64,000 bases of DNA from Octopus vulgaris (lineage: Eukaryota). This document shows, in pieces, positions 39,456 through 51,999 of the stretch. How positions within the stretch are numbered: position 1 is the first letter of the stretch; the number at the start of each line of letters is the position of its first letter. Position numbers and translations under genes: made by a program. The stretch lies in contig OX597822.1 in the NCBI GenBank assembly GCA_951406725.2, positions 63,798,001 to 63,862,000 of the forward strand, read 5' to 3'. The notes beneath the pieces are model-generated. The model was not told where the DNA came from and did no database searches. It worked only from the letters and a program-made list of their open reading frames with translations.

Positions 39456-40391
39456 AGTATTATTTTGATGAATAGTATCTGGTTTTGGGCTCCCGTTACA
39501 AGAATAGTCTGGAAACTGCAGCAACACTACACCAATGTAAGGAGAGGTCATAGGAAGTAGTGCTACACCATGGCAAGGAGAGTGTGGCGTGGATATCACT
39601 TACCACACAACAAAGAAAGTCTTGAATGAGCAATCCATCATCACAGCAAAGGGAGTTTGAAGTAATAGCTGTTGTTTAGCCCTAGGTTGGCCATGATTGA
39701 GCAAACTTATAATCAAAGGCATTCCATCTGTGACCATCTTATCCTTTTAAGGGCAACTAATGACCATATTTCAACTTCATCATTAAATGTCCTTCCTACG
39801 TTTTAATAAGATAGGGTGTAATCTGAAGGACATTTAACTGCCATTCCAAGCATGTAGAGCAACCACAAAGGAGATTCCCTGTTCAGAGTAAGCAGATAAC
39901 TTGGTTCCATTGCAAAGAGAAGCTGGTGAGGATATTTATATCACCTTAGTAATGGGACGAGCAAAGGTATTGGTGATGAAGATGTTACAATACCATCATA
40001 AGGAGTCTTGTGTGGCTCTTACCTCACCATTGCAAGGAGAGTGCCACAAGCTGGTCATCAGACTCTGATGCTACTGATAACACCAGCCTTATTTATGCAT
40101 TTGATCCTATTGCTTTAGATCGGGTGTTTGTGTGTGTGTGGGGAACCTGCAGTCTTAAAGGCCATGCGTAATGCCTGAATTTTGCATAAAAACAAAATGC
40201 TGTTTTTATTGATTACATAGTACGATGTTTATCTTAATGTTTTTAAATCCTCAAAAGTTCATTTTGCATTACGCTTTCAAAATAAATGTAATTACAATTT
40301 TTTTTTACCTGAGTTTTCATCAAAGTTTTCTTAAATGCAGCCTTTGATATTATTTACATATATATATGTAATTAAAATAAAAATTATTATC

Positions 40392-40443
<52 letters not shown>

Positions 40444-41406
40444 CATACATATAATAATAATAATAATAATATTAATAATTTTAATTGAGAAAAAAGAAGA
40501 CAAATTAAGGCTAACCAGGTTCTTGCACGAAATGCTGCTGAGATAACCATCTGAATTTTACTTATCCTTTCAATTATATATATATATATATATATATCTC
40601 AAATAGAAAATTAAAAAAAGTGCCAGTCGTAAATAATAACAATAATAATAATATAATTCTGAAGAATTCCTGTTTGTTTTATCAAATATTACAATTTGAA
40701 ATAAAAGAAAAGTTCAAACAAACCAAGCGTGTTAATATTTACAAGGAAAGAAAATGTGAAATTATATTAGTTTCAGTCACTCCTCACTTACATTCATACT
40801 AATAATGGGATTCAATGTAATGTATATACACACACACATACATACATACATACATACATGTAACAGATTATCTAATTGTAATAATGAAAATATGCTAAAC
40901 TCATTTACACACACACATTATATGCATACACATACACCTAACTACTCAAAAGGTTTAAATCTTGTGTATTTATGGTAGATTATTCAAATTTTTATAATAT
41001 CTAAGATACACTTAATATGTTCACACATACACCACACACACGCAGGTACACACATGTATTGCTAGATAAGCTAGAAGGTTAAATTAATTAGGAAATATAT
41101 ACAGTAATTACATCTAGGCCACTCCCACTACCCCCACTCTCTTTTCCTCTCTACTGCAAACACTCTCACAGACACACATATGATCATACACACAGACACA
41201 TACACACACATGGCACATGCTGAATCGACAAAAGACTGAGCAACTTCATCATTCTTAAATCAAATGAAATTTGGATTCAAATATAAATCAAAAGAAACAA
41301 ATTTGTGCTTTTTTTTTTTTGACTTGTGTATAGAAGGGAAAAATATTATTATTATTATTATCGTTATTTTTTTTTCTTGTTAGAATTTAAGAAGATAGTT
41401 ACGCAC

Positions 41407-41571
41407 TGGAAGTGGTCTGAGACACATCTCCTGCATGAACTCTGGGTGGAGTAGAATATTGTGTGTTGTACTGTGTTCTGGGGTAGACAGGACGTACAGC
41501 CACCTGTGATTGAGGACTTTCAGCGCCGGGATAATGCCCATTGGGGACGGCAGTCACCGTGGAGACTGGCG
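41407..41571 (-). CDS. Neogenin/DCC cytoplasmic exon (PPVSTVTAVPNGHYPGAESPQSQVAVRPVYPRTQYNTQYSTPPRVHAGDVSQTTS)
   Basis: tctttcctctgtag acceptor; donor A|gtgcgt gives phase 1/1 (alternative GC|gtaact at 41403 would be phase 2); GC-richer open frame. Confidence 0.82.
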
Positions 41572-42595
41572 CTACAGAGGAAAGAATAGATGGTGGGGAT
41601 AAAGGAAAAGGTGTGCAAAGTGCTGCAGCAAGGTTTGACATGTAAGCAAATTTTTTTTGACAAAAGTGCAGGAGTGTTAATTTTTTTTTTATTTTATTAT
41701 ACAAATAGCTTTAACAAGTGCATCTAAATTTTCTACTGCAATGGAATAATGAAAGGCAACGGCCAAAATAAAAATAAAAAAATTTAATTAAAAATTGAAC
41801 AAATAAAATCAAAACATGACAAAATAATATAAACAATATTTCTTAAGAAATTCAAGGAAATGAAACCTGAACATCATACATTTTCATTGCATTTGAATAA
41901 AGGAATTGTTATTAATTTATTTCTGAAAAAGAATTTTTAGAACCCTTTTGATATCAAATCACCCAAGACTACACATAGTTCTTGATAATACCCAACACCA
42001 GGGTAGGCCTATGATCCCCTCAGCCCAGAAGTTCTCTTCTATTTGTTTGCTTTTTTAGGCAATCCATCACCAGCTTACCAGGTCAGTTACAACTTCACTT
42101 TCATTTTTGCCAGCTGAGTGGACTAGGGCAATGTGAAATGAAGGGTTTCCTGGTCCAGGAACTGAAACCACAGTCTTATGATCATGAGTCTAACACCGTA
42201 GACCATGGTTCCGTAATACAAAATTCCTGTAAACGTGATCTAACTTAATCTTCCATCAAAATTTCATGATAATTTCTGTTCCAAACCCCAGTTTAATAAT
42301 GACATAGTTATTCTAACAGGAATATAATAGCAAAAGGGTTAAATTATTTTATATTCAGCAAGTTTCTGTCAACCAAATCCACTCACAAGGCTTTGGTTGG
42401 CCTGAAGCTATAGTAGAAGACACTTGCCCAAGGTGCCACACAGTGGGACTGAACCCTGAACCATGTGGTTGGTAAGCAAGCTACTTACCATACAGCCACT
42501 CCTGCGCCCAAGACTGCACATGGTTCATTATTTTTAAAATTGATTGAAACAAAAACTGTATTTCAACAGAAATTTAGTAACGAAGGGGTTAATCC

Positions 42596-42826
42596 AGCTG
42601 AGTTTTTTGCTGGTCCATCGCAGGTGAGCTGCAAGATGCAGGAGGAAAAAGTGAGAGAAAGTTGTGGCGAAAGAGTCAGCAGAAGTTTGCCATTACCTTC
42701 TGCCGGAGCCGCGTGGAGCTTAGGTGTTTCGCTCATAAAAACGCACATCGCCCGGTCTGAGATTCGAACCCGCAATCCCTTGACCGCGAGTCCGCTGCTC
42801 TAACCACTAGGCCAGGTGCCTCCACA
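42596..42826 (-). mobile_element. tRNA-derived SINE, family D
   Basis: Minus strand tggcctagtggttagagc..gggttcgaatc (A and B boxes) followed by a non-tRNA body; related copies near 43454 and 44696 (+). Confidence 0.75.
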
Positions 42827-43244
42827 AGTAGACTTATGATCAAAGGTATTCCAGCTGTAACCATCCTGCTTTTGGAAGGGTAATCTAGGAATGCAGAATT
42901 TTAAATGTTCATTTTGCATCATGGCACTATATGATCAGAGGAAAATATGGCTGCTGTTTTGAGCAGGTTGCATCACTGCAAAATAGAGGCTCCCCTCACA
43001 GACATAAACTGTGCCCACTCTGAAATCTGTTTACCGTTAAGAGAACTGGATGAACAGAGTACAATGTCAACAAATAAGATATGAACAACCAACCAGTTGT
43101 ATTGAAGTTTAGTACATGACTGAATCAGTCATCTTGATTTTTATATTTAGGAATCATCTATAATTGCATACCATTTAATATTGATTCTGATGGATATTCT
43201 ATACTACGAATCAATTAATAAGGGAAAAGCAAAATTTCACTTAC

Positions 43245-43355
43245 GATCTCGAGACATTGGTTGTGTTGGGTCCACAGAAATCATAATAGGTTTTGGACGG
43301 ATGATGCTACGAGGATACCTTTCATCAGGAGCTGGTGATAGATAACTCGGGTCTC
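43245..43355 (-). CDS. Neogenin/DCC cytoplasmic exon (GDPSYLSPAPDERYPRSIIRPKPIMISVDPTQPMSRD)
   Basis: ttccttttgcag acceptor, C|gtaagt donor, 111 nt phase 1/1, open frame; RPKPIMI resembles the neogenin RPKMMM segment. Not in the ORF track. Confidence 0.88.
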
Positions 43356-44053
43356 CTGCAAAAGGAACAAAAATTAAATGAAACACATATCATGACTGCA
43401 TATGGGGAGAAAAAGGGTGAGAAATAAATATTTACTACCAGGGTACATCATTGTGTGGAGGCATATGGTTTAATGGTTAGGGTGTTGGACTCATGATAGT
43501 TAGATTGTGGTTTCGATTCCTGGACTGGGCAACACAATGTGTTCTTGAGCAAAACACTTCATTACATGCTGCTCCAGTCCACCCAGCTGGCAAAAGTGAG
43601 CAATTTTGCAACAGTCTGGCTTCCCATCCAGGGGCAAAAAATATATATCCTCCACAGAACTGGCCCTGTGAATCTACTTGACTCAGGAAGGATTTTTATC
43701 CTCGGAAGAATGTTTTTACATTATTATCATAATGTTACCATTCATTTTCCCAATTGTTGAAGCAGATTTTCTATGGCTGGATGCCCTTTGTATCATCAAT
43801 CCTCACCTGTTTCAAAGTAAGGTAATATTTCCCCATGAACAGACATGTTTTCACAGAGGATTGGAAAGGAAGGACACTGCTTGCATGATGGTAACATTCA
43901 CTTACAACCTTCATATGATGTCAAAACAAGGAGAAAGTAACACACATAACAAGCTTCTTTCAATTTCCATCAATCAAATTCACTCCCAAGGCTTTGGTTA
44001 TCCAGGGGGCAACAATAGAAGGCACTTGCCCAAGGTGCCACATAATGGGACTA

Positions 44054-44534
44054 CAGTGATTCCTTGCTACTTCGCAGTTCAACTATCGCGGATTTTTAAT
44101 ATATATATATATGTACGCCTAAAATTTTTCATTAAATCCATTAAAATATTAGTAATAAATATTATTTCCTAGTCTAGGAACAACAAAACAAGCGTAAAAT
44201 AGCAAAAAGCATATACAGGGGTATTTGAATTTAAGACAGGCTGTGACTGGTGCAATGGAGAGAGACAACGAATCACAGCTTTCTATTTTGTAATCTGGTC
44301 AGTGTAACAGTAACAATCTTTATTTTTTTAAATCTTAAAGTGTTATTGCTTAACAGTTGTCCTTGTTACTAATAGACTACTGTAATGGGTGGGTTGTTAA
44401 CAGTACAGGGATGGTTTTAAAAGTCCAAATACACGTTAAATAAATATTGTAAATATGGTGTCCCTACTTCGCGGAAATTCAGTTATCGTGGCTGGTCTCA
44501 GAACCAATCTACTGCAATAAACAAGGGATCACTG
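44054..44534. mobile_element. pogo/Tigger-like MITE nested in a SINE
   Basis: TA-cagtgattccttg...caagggatcactg-TA; splits a family A SINE (..gggact|aacctgg..). Confidence 0.8.
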
Positions 44535-45009
44535 TAAACCTGGAATCATGTGGTTGGGAAGCATATTTCTTACCACACAGCCATGCCAGGAGCAGTTTGC
44601 ATATTCATACACGTTACTATTAATCACTCAAATATCAACTAGGGTCAGTATCTATTTTCATCTAGGCCAATCAGGTTAACTAATGTGCCTCACATGTAGA
44701 GGTGCATGGTGTAGTCATTAATGCATTAGACCCATTATCATAAAATTGTGTTTCAATCCTTGTACTGGGCAATTTGTTGTTCTTGAGCAAAACACTTCAT
44801 TTCATGTTGCTCCAGTCCACTCAGCTAGTAAAAATTAGTAATGCTACAATGGACTGGCACCCCATCCAGGGAGGAATATATATGGCAAGGAAACCAGGTA
44901 ATTGGCCCTCGCTCCTTACAGAGTAATGTGGAACAACTGATGCGCCTTATAAGCAGCTGAGCATATTTGCCACCACATCACATTGGCAAACAAATATTTG
45001 GTAACTTAC

Positions 45010-45248
45010 CCACTAATGAATTTCTGCGTTTCTCCATATCCATCAAGGATGAATCTTCACATTTGGAGCTCTCCCCACATCTCTGAGAGGGAGCTGGAGT
45101 AGGTGCGGATGATTCTCTGTTTTCTGACTTATCCAAGTTCTTCATTTCCATTTGATCATGATGGATCCAGAGGTCTGGTGGCTTTACATCTTTTGTAGTA
45201 GGTGCTTTTGGCGTCTTGCCTTTAGCAGGAGATGCGTAAGTCCCAGAA
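45010..45248 (-). CDS. NEO1: Neogenin/DCC/frazzled cytoplasmic exon with P1 motif (KDVKPPDLWIHHDQMEMK)
   Basis: PPDLWIHH is the hallmark P1 motif of DCC/neogenin/frazzled/UNC-40; tttttcatag acceptor, G|gtaagt donor. The symbol denotes the single invertebrate neogenin/DCC co-orthologue. Confidence 0.93.
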
Positions 45249-46548
45249 CTATGAAAAATAGAAAGAAATATTTCATTAGCTGTCGCATAACAAATTAAAA
45301 AAAATACCATATTTGTTGACATATGACACATATTTACTCCCCCACCATAAAAAAGAAACAACAAAAAGGACCCCCCCCTCCGGTCCTATATGCAAAATTA
45401 AGCCTCTCTTACATTTTGGATTGGATTGTTTGTGTCCAGTCCATTGCAGGACAAAGGACATAGCATGTTTTCTCCACTTACATTTTAACCCTTTCGATAC
45501 CAACCTGGTTGAAACTGTCTCTGGCTCTGTAGCACAAATGTCTTGTTCTCATAAGTTTTGAATTAAAATCTTCCACCAAACCTTAGTCACAATTTATGTT
45601 CCTAGCACTAGCTTAATGATAACTAAGTTATTTCAATTGAAAGAAGCAGAGCATCTCAACAGAAATATCATAAAGAAAGGATCAAAATATACAGAGAAAC
45701 AATTCTTAACCCTTTTGATACTAACTTGGCTGAAACTGCCTCTGGCTCTGTAGCACAAATGTCTTGTTTTCATAAGTTTTGAATTAAAATTTTCCACCAA
45801 ATCTTAGTCACAATTTATGTTCCTAACACTGGCTTAATGATAACTTTGGGTGTGTCAAATATGTCCGTGTGTCTTTTATGCCACTGAATATGGTAAATAA
45901 TCATAATCTTTATTTTTAACATCCCATTTTCCGTGGGTCGGATGGAGTTTATTGAGGTAGATTTTTCTACAGCTGTATGACCTTCTCGTTGGCAACCCTC
46001 ACCTGTTTCCAATCAAGGTAATATTTCTACATGGCCAGGTATGTTTTGACAGAATATTGGAAATGAATGACAGTGACACACACTTTACACATCACATGAC
46101 ATTAAGACAGTTTCTTTCAGTTTCTGTCTACCAAATCCACTCAACAAAGCTTTGGTTGGCCTGGGACTATAATACAAGACACTTGTTGCCCAAGGTGTTC
46201 TGCAGTGGGATTGAACCTGAAGCCATGTGGTTGGAAAGCAAACTTCTCAACCACACAGTCACACTCTACATAAATAAAAAAATGTATATCTAAAAAAATC
46301 TCACTGCAGCAAGTATTCTTAAATCAGTTCTGTATAAATACACTCCTCACACACATCTACATTTTACCTATGTTACTGAAGGAAAGCCCATCATGTGTGT
46401 GTTTGTGTCTCCTTGCCTTAACATCATGTGATGTGTAAAATGTGTGTCATTGTCATACAAGCAGTATCGTTCTTTTCCAATATTCTGGCCGTGGGGGAAT
46501 TTTAGTTTCATTTTTGATTTATCATTTTTCCTTTCATTTCACAGTCTG

Positions 46549-46616
<68 letters not shown>

Positions 46617-46619
<3 letters not shown>

Positions 46620-46915
46620 CAAGTAATTTGATCTGAGATCGTGTGCTGAAACGAAAACAATTGCAGCGTGGAAGGTGTTTATAGGCCATTTAAGAAACAG
46701 ACAAAAGCCGTTCGATTCACTCCAACATTTAAGTTTAATTTGTCAAAATATTTCGTCGCTAAATCCGCGACCTGTTCACTGACAAAGTCCGTGATGCAGC
46801 ACGGACTTTGTCAGTGAACAGGTCAGCGGAAATATTTTGACAAATCTTAAATGTTGGAGTGAATCGAACCTTTTGTGTGTTTCTTAAATGGCTAAACACC
46901 TTCCACGTGAAATTG

Positions 46916-46918
<3 letters not shown>
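46617..46918. mobile_element. Fold-back (palindromic) element in (TA)n, probably Penelope-derived, with variant hammerhead
   Basis: Arms of about 120 bp centred near 46796 (gacctgttcactgacaaagtccgtg / cacggactttgtcagtgaacaggtc); flanked by TA tracts. Confidence 0.7.
46739..46786 (-). ncRNA. Hammerhead-like motif with G3-C8 core
   Basis: tttgtca-GTGAACA-g-gtcgc(ggattta)gcgac-GAAA-tat-TT-tgacaaa: perfect 7-bp stem I and 5-bp stem II; stem III minimal. Confidence 0.55.
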
Positions 46919-46970
<52 letters not shown>

Positions 46971-47155
46971 TACATATATATATATATGTAGCCAGAATAT
47001 TGGATTATTATATATATTTTTATTTACATTTTTAGCGCTTTCTTCCATTATTGGATTTATCAAAAAAGTGGTTTGCAGTCCGTTTGCTTCACCATTTTAT
47101 ATAAAATTGAAACTGATGATGCTTTGGAGGGAGGGATGGAGGGAGAGAGAGAGAG

Positions 47156-47235
<80 letters not shown>

Positions 47236-47403
47236 GAGGGAGGGAGAGAGATGGCAAAGCAAACTTACTGTGAAACGCTTTTTTTGATAAATCCGATAAC
47301 AGAAAAAAAAGCACTAAAAATGTAAATAAAACTACTATAATCATCCAACGTTCTGACTACCTTGCTATTTGCAATATATAATATCTGTACAGCACTTCAA
47401 AAA

Positions 47404-47439
<36 letters not shown>

Positions 47440-47924
47440 GTAGCTACTTGAACTTTGGGTATATGTCTATTACCATCATCATCATCATTTAACGTCCGTT
47501 TTCCATGCTGGCATGAGTTGGACAGTTCGACTGGGGAGCCAGGAGACTGCACCAGCCTCCAGTCTGATCTGGTAGTATTTCTACAGCTGGATGCCCTTCC
47601 TAATGCCAACTACTCCGTGAGTGTAGTGGGTGCTTTTTATGTGCCACCGGCACAATTCCATTTGATTTTAATATATATATATATATATACACACACATAC
47701 ATACATACATACACAATTTTATTAAACTGGCTCCAAAGAAATTTTGAAACCCTCTATCTTCTTTGAAGCATCTAATGGATTTAGAACCGCCAAACCTTTG
47801 AGAGTTTTGACACACACACACATACGTGTATACATACACACACATGGAACAGGCTTCTTTCAGTTTTTGTCTATCAAATCCACTTATGAGGATTTGGTCA
47901 GCCTGAAGTTATACTCTTTACTCT

Positions 47925-48320
47925 TTTACTTGTTTCAGTCATTTGACTGCGGCCATACTGGATCACCACCTTTAGTTGAGCAAATTGACCCCGGGTATTA
48001 TTCTTTGTAAGCCTAGTACTTATTCTATTGGTCTCTTTTGTGGAACTGCTAAGTTACGGGGATGTAAACACACCAGCATCGGTTGTCACGCAATGTTAGG
48101 GGGACAAACACAGACACACCAACACACACACACACATATATATATACATATACATGACGGGCTTCTTTCAGTTTCCGTCTACCAGATCCACTCACAAGGC
48201 TTTGGTCAGCCCAAGGCTATAGTAGAAAACACTTGCCCCAGGTGCCACGCAGTGGGACTGAACCCAGAACCATTGGGTTGGTAAGCAAGCTACTTACCAC
48301 ACAGCCACTGCTGTGCCTAT
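47925..48320 (-). mobile_element. tRNA-derived SINE, family A
   Basis: Colinear reverse complement of the 39055 copy. Confidence 0.85.
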
Positions 48321-48346
48321 AAATAAGATAAATGAAACAAATATCC

Positions 48347-48559
48347 TTTTCTACTTTAGGCACAAGGTCCGAAATTTTGAGGGAGGGGGCAAGTTGATTA
48401 GATCAACCCCAGTACACAAGTGGTACTTAATTTATCAACCCTGAAAGGTAGAAAGGCAAAGTCGACCTCGGCGGAATTTGAACACAGAACATAAAGAAAG
48501 AGGAAATACTGCTAAGCATTTCACCTGGCATGCTAACGTTTCTGCCAGCTCACTGCCTT
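48347..48559 (-). mobile_element. SINE family B
   Basis: Same motif set; lies just downstream of the TM exon. Confidence 0.8.
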
Positions 48560-48653
48560 CAAGTAGACTTGTTTAATGGAAACTAATCTGGGGGATAAGG
48601 AATGACGAACAAACAAACAACAATAATAATTAGGGAATGACACAACAACCAAC

Positions 48654-48813
48654 CTCCGTTTGTTTCTGTATTCCTTCTTCTTGCAGATGACAATTGCAAC
48701 AGCCACAACGGCAATGCAGAATGTTACCCCAATAACACAGGCAATAATAATAATCATAACATTGGTAGGAACAGAATCATCATTCTCATCTTCGTTTGGT
48801 TCTTTGTTAACAC
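48654..48813 (-). CDS. Neogenin/DCC-like receptor, transmembrane exon (GVNKEPNEDENDDSVPTNVMIIIIACVIGVTFCIAVVAVAIVICKKKEYRNKR)
   Basis: ccttacag acceptor and AG|gttggt donor; hydrophobic helix followed by basic stop-transfer KKK; phase 2 end matches the next exon. Confidence 0.9.
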
Positions 48814-51800
48814 CTGTAAGGTAAATGGAAAGGTAGAAACAAAAGCAAAAACAAGCAAAAAAAAAAAAAAAATTCAATATACTAACAGCATCATCATTAA
48901 CAACAACAGTAACAACAGTAGATTGTTAATTGATGGAGGTTTTGAGAATTAAGATTCCCAGTGTGGGTTAGAGGGTGAAAAGGGTGGACGAGGGAACAAT
49001 AATTAAAGAAATATCAATACAGGACACAACGATATTTACTATTAATTAAACTACAAACATAAATTAATCATGCAAGTGTAAAATTATAAATGCAGGTAAT
49101 CAAATGTGCAGTAAATTGAATGAAAAAGAAATTACCAACAGACATTTGTGTAGTTACTTCAGTAATACAAAAAAAAAAAAAAGAAACATAAAAAACAACA
49201 ACATCAAATAAAAAAAAAATTTAAATTAAAAACAAACAAAACAATAAAAACAAATATGAATATACCGAAACAAAACAGAAAGCAATGTAGCATACAAAAC
49301 AAACAAACGAACAAACAAAGAAAAAAAAAAAAACCCAAGAGAGAATGAAAAAAAAAACTTAGCAGGAACTAATTTCATGGTTTGTCTGAACAGAGATAAT
49401 CGGTTAATATTTAACGCTACGATGACCCTCATGCATCAAACATGGGGGTGGTTGTGGTCGTAAACATTAAAAATAAGGTAAATAGATAAACGAAGATTTT
49501 TAGATATAAATAAAAGCTAAACTGAAATAAGCAAGAGAGCTGAAGGGCATAAACTTCAGAGCTTTATATACAAGTCCGAAGAAACGCACATGGTTTAGAT
49601 TTTTAAAAAAATGTATTATGAATTTATTTATTTTTGTATTCCGTTTTTGGATTTGGTTTGCAAGATTCTTTACATGAGTTCATGTGTTGAAGCATATTCT
49701 GTTGTGTCTGCGGAGAGTCATTTTCTTTTTGTGCCTTATAATTTAACACACTCACCGGTAAAATTTCCACTTCTTTCTTTTTATTTTTTAAAATAAGAAA
49801 TAATAAGAAATAAGGGGAAATCTTACCGGTGTGTTAAATTATAAGGCACAAAAAGAAAATGACTCTCCCCAGATACAACAGAATATATCTGTATCACTAT
49901 CAATATTCATGAAATGTCTCTCCCATGTTGCGTAGAAACGAGTGTAATTGAAGAATTAAAGATAATACCATAAATTCCAGACTTTGATTTTATATTTTAT
50001 GTTTTCATGCTCAGTGACAAATCTATTTGACTTGGAATTTCAGCTTGTATGGATATTTTCTCTTAGATAAACCTTCTACAAATACACACTCTGATAGCTG
50101 GTATTTGCAGAAGAGCTTACTGAGGACCCTGTTTAAATTTTTTCCTCCATTTATCTGTTTATCTATCTGTATAATTTTTATTATCCATTGAATAAGGCTG
50201 TAATGATTTTTAGTTCAGAAACAAAGTCTCCAGGTTCAAATCTACTTTGGGATTATAATAACCACCCAGGAATAAGAAAGACAGAACATGAACTGGTTTG
50301 CAATAAGAAATAGAAAAGTAAGATAGCCATCAGACCACATTGAAGTATACAATAGCAATATAGATATGATGATGAGGATAATGATTGGTATTTGAATGGA
50401 TGGTTTGTATATTCATTCCTATCCAAAATTTCTATATTTGTGTTGTACTGTTTATACCCATTATATATTTCTAAGAAAAAAAAAAAAAAAATTCCCACCC
50501 AAAACATTTTTTGAAAGGTACAGTATATCCCTGATGTAGTATGTGGTGGCCAAATGTGTTGCCAATGGGAAGAGAATCTGTCAACAGAAACAGGACCGTG
50601 ATGATTAATCATGGTGCCTGTAAACCTAACTTGAACTTTAGCAATGAAAATGGCCTTAACTCTTTAGCATTCTGATTATTTTGTCAAACTTATTTATTCA
50701 AATTTTCAAAAATTCATCATGTATTACCTTGTAGGTCTGAGATTTCAAAGATGTGACTGTTTATCTTAATAATATTACAGGCTAGGTGTGAGAGGCCAGC
50801 TCTGGCCAGATTGAACATAAAGTGGATGGAATACTTAGGCCGGATATGGCCAGATTAAATGCTAAAGAGTTAAAGTGCTTGCTATTGACTATACACATAA
50901 CATTCTTATTCACTAAGCCAATAGTATAAGTGTGAATTATATATCATTATTTTTGTTTGCTTTCCATGTTAGCATAGGCTGGACAGATTGTTAAAGTAAA
51001 AGATGATATTTGGAGCTATTGCCCTCCACTAGACAGTATGGAGGATCATGACACCTTTATGTTTCAGTTTTGTCATGTTTTCTATGGCTGGATACCCATC
51101 TTAGCACCAATTACTTTACAGTGTGTACAAACAGCATTTTATCACAACACCAACAGCAGGGATGTTGTTGTGTCCTTGATTAGGATCAAACCACCCTCTT
51201 GATCCTATACTGTCTCACTGTGTTTGCCAACTATGTGACAGATATGGCACTGGTATCAATAAAGTTGTTTTCTATTATGTTAAGTCTAAAGAACCCCCGT
51301 TAGTCTAAGGCGGGTTCATTTGCTGAAGGCAATGTGATCAAGAGAGTAAATGGCTGATGGAGCAATGACAGGAGAAAAACCAGGATGTGTAGGTGAAGAA
51401 AAAAAAAAACAAGTGTATGGAGGTAGAAATGGTGATTAGGGAAGAAGGGGGTAGAGGGGGTGGACAGTAGTGGAGATTTACAATGGTAACAGTAGTGGAT
51501 GTCAATAACAAATGGTCAGGAGAGAGTGGGTGATGACTGGCAATATAGAAATGGTGAAGATATGTATTGGCACAAACAGACCTGATGTAGTCTTTTATAT
51601 ATATCTAAATAAGCCTTGTAATGGGCACAAACAAGAGAGTTGGGATGATAGAATAGGAGAAAAAGGGCCAGAGCCATCCTGCATTTCAAAGGCAGTAAAA
51701 AGCATGGTGTACGGATGAGAACAGAGGCTGCAAGGTACAGTTAATCAAAGAGAAGCTGAATACCAAAGAGATGGGAGGGTCAGACAAGTCCGATGCTGAC

Positions 51801-51999
51801 CTTTGTTACATGAACAGTATAGTATAGCAAACACTACCATGCTTAGTTGCACAGGCAGCATAACAGAATGACCAGAAGAAAGGGCTGAAAGAGGAGGATG
51901 GGGGTGATAGAAATGAAAGGGTATCAAGAGGCACAGGAGATAGCAGATCCAGACTGAATAGGGACATAGTGAGCAAGAGACCTAAATATAGACATATTA

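Noticed and set aside
42750-42822. Functional tRNA gene
   Set aside because: A and B boxes are present, but the acceptor stem is poor and it continues into a repeated SINE body.
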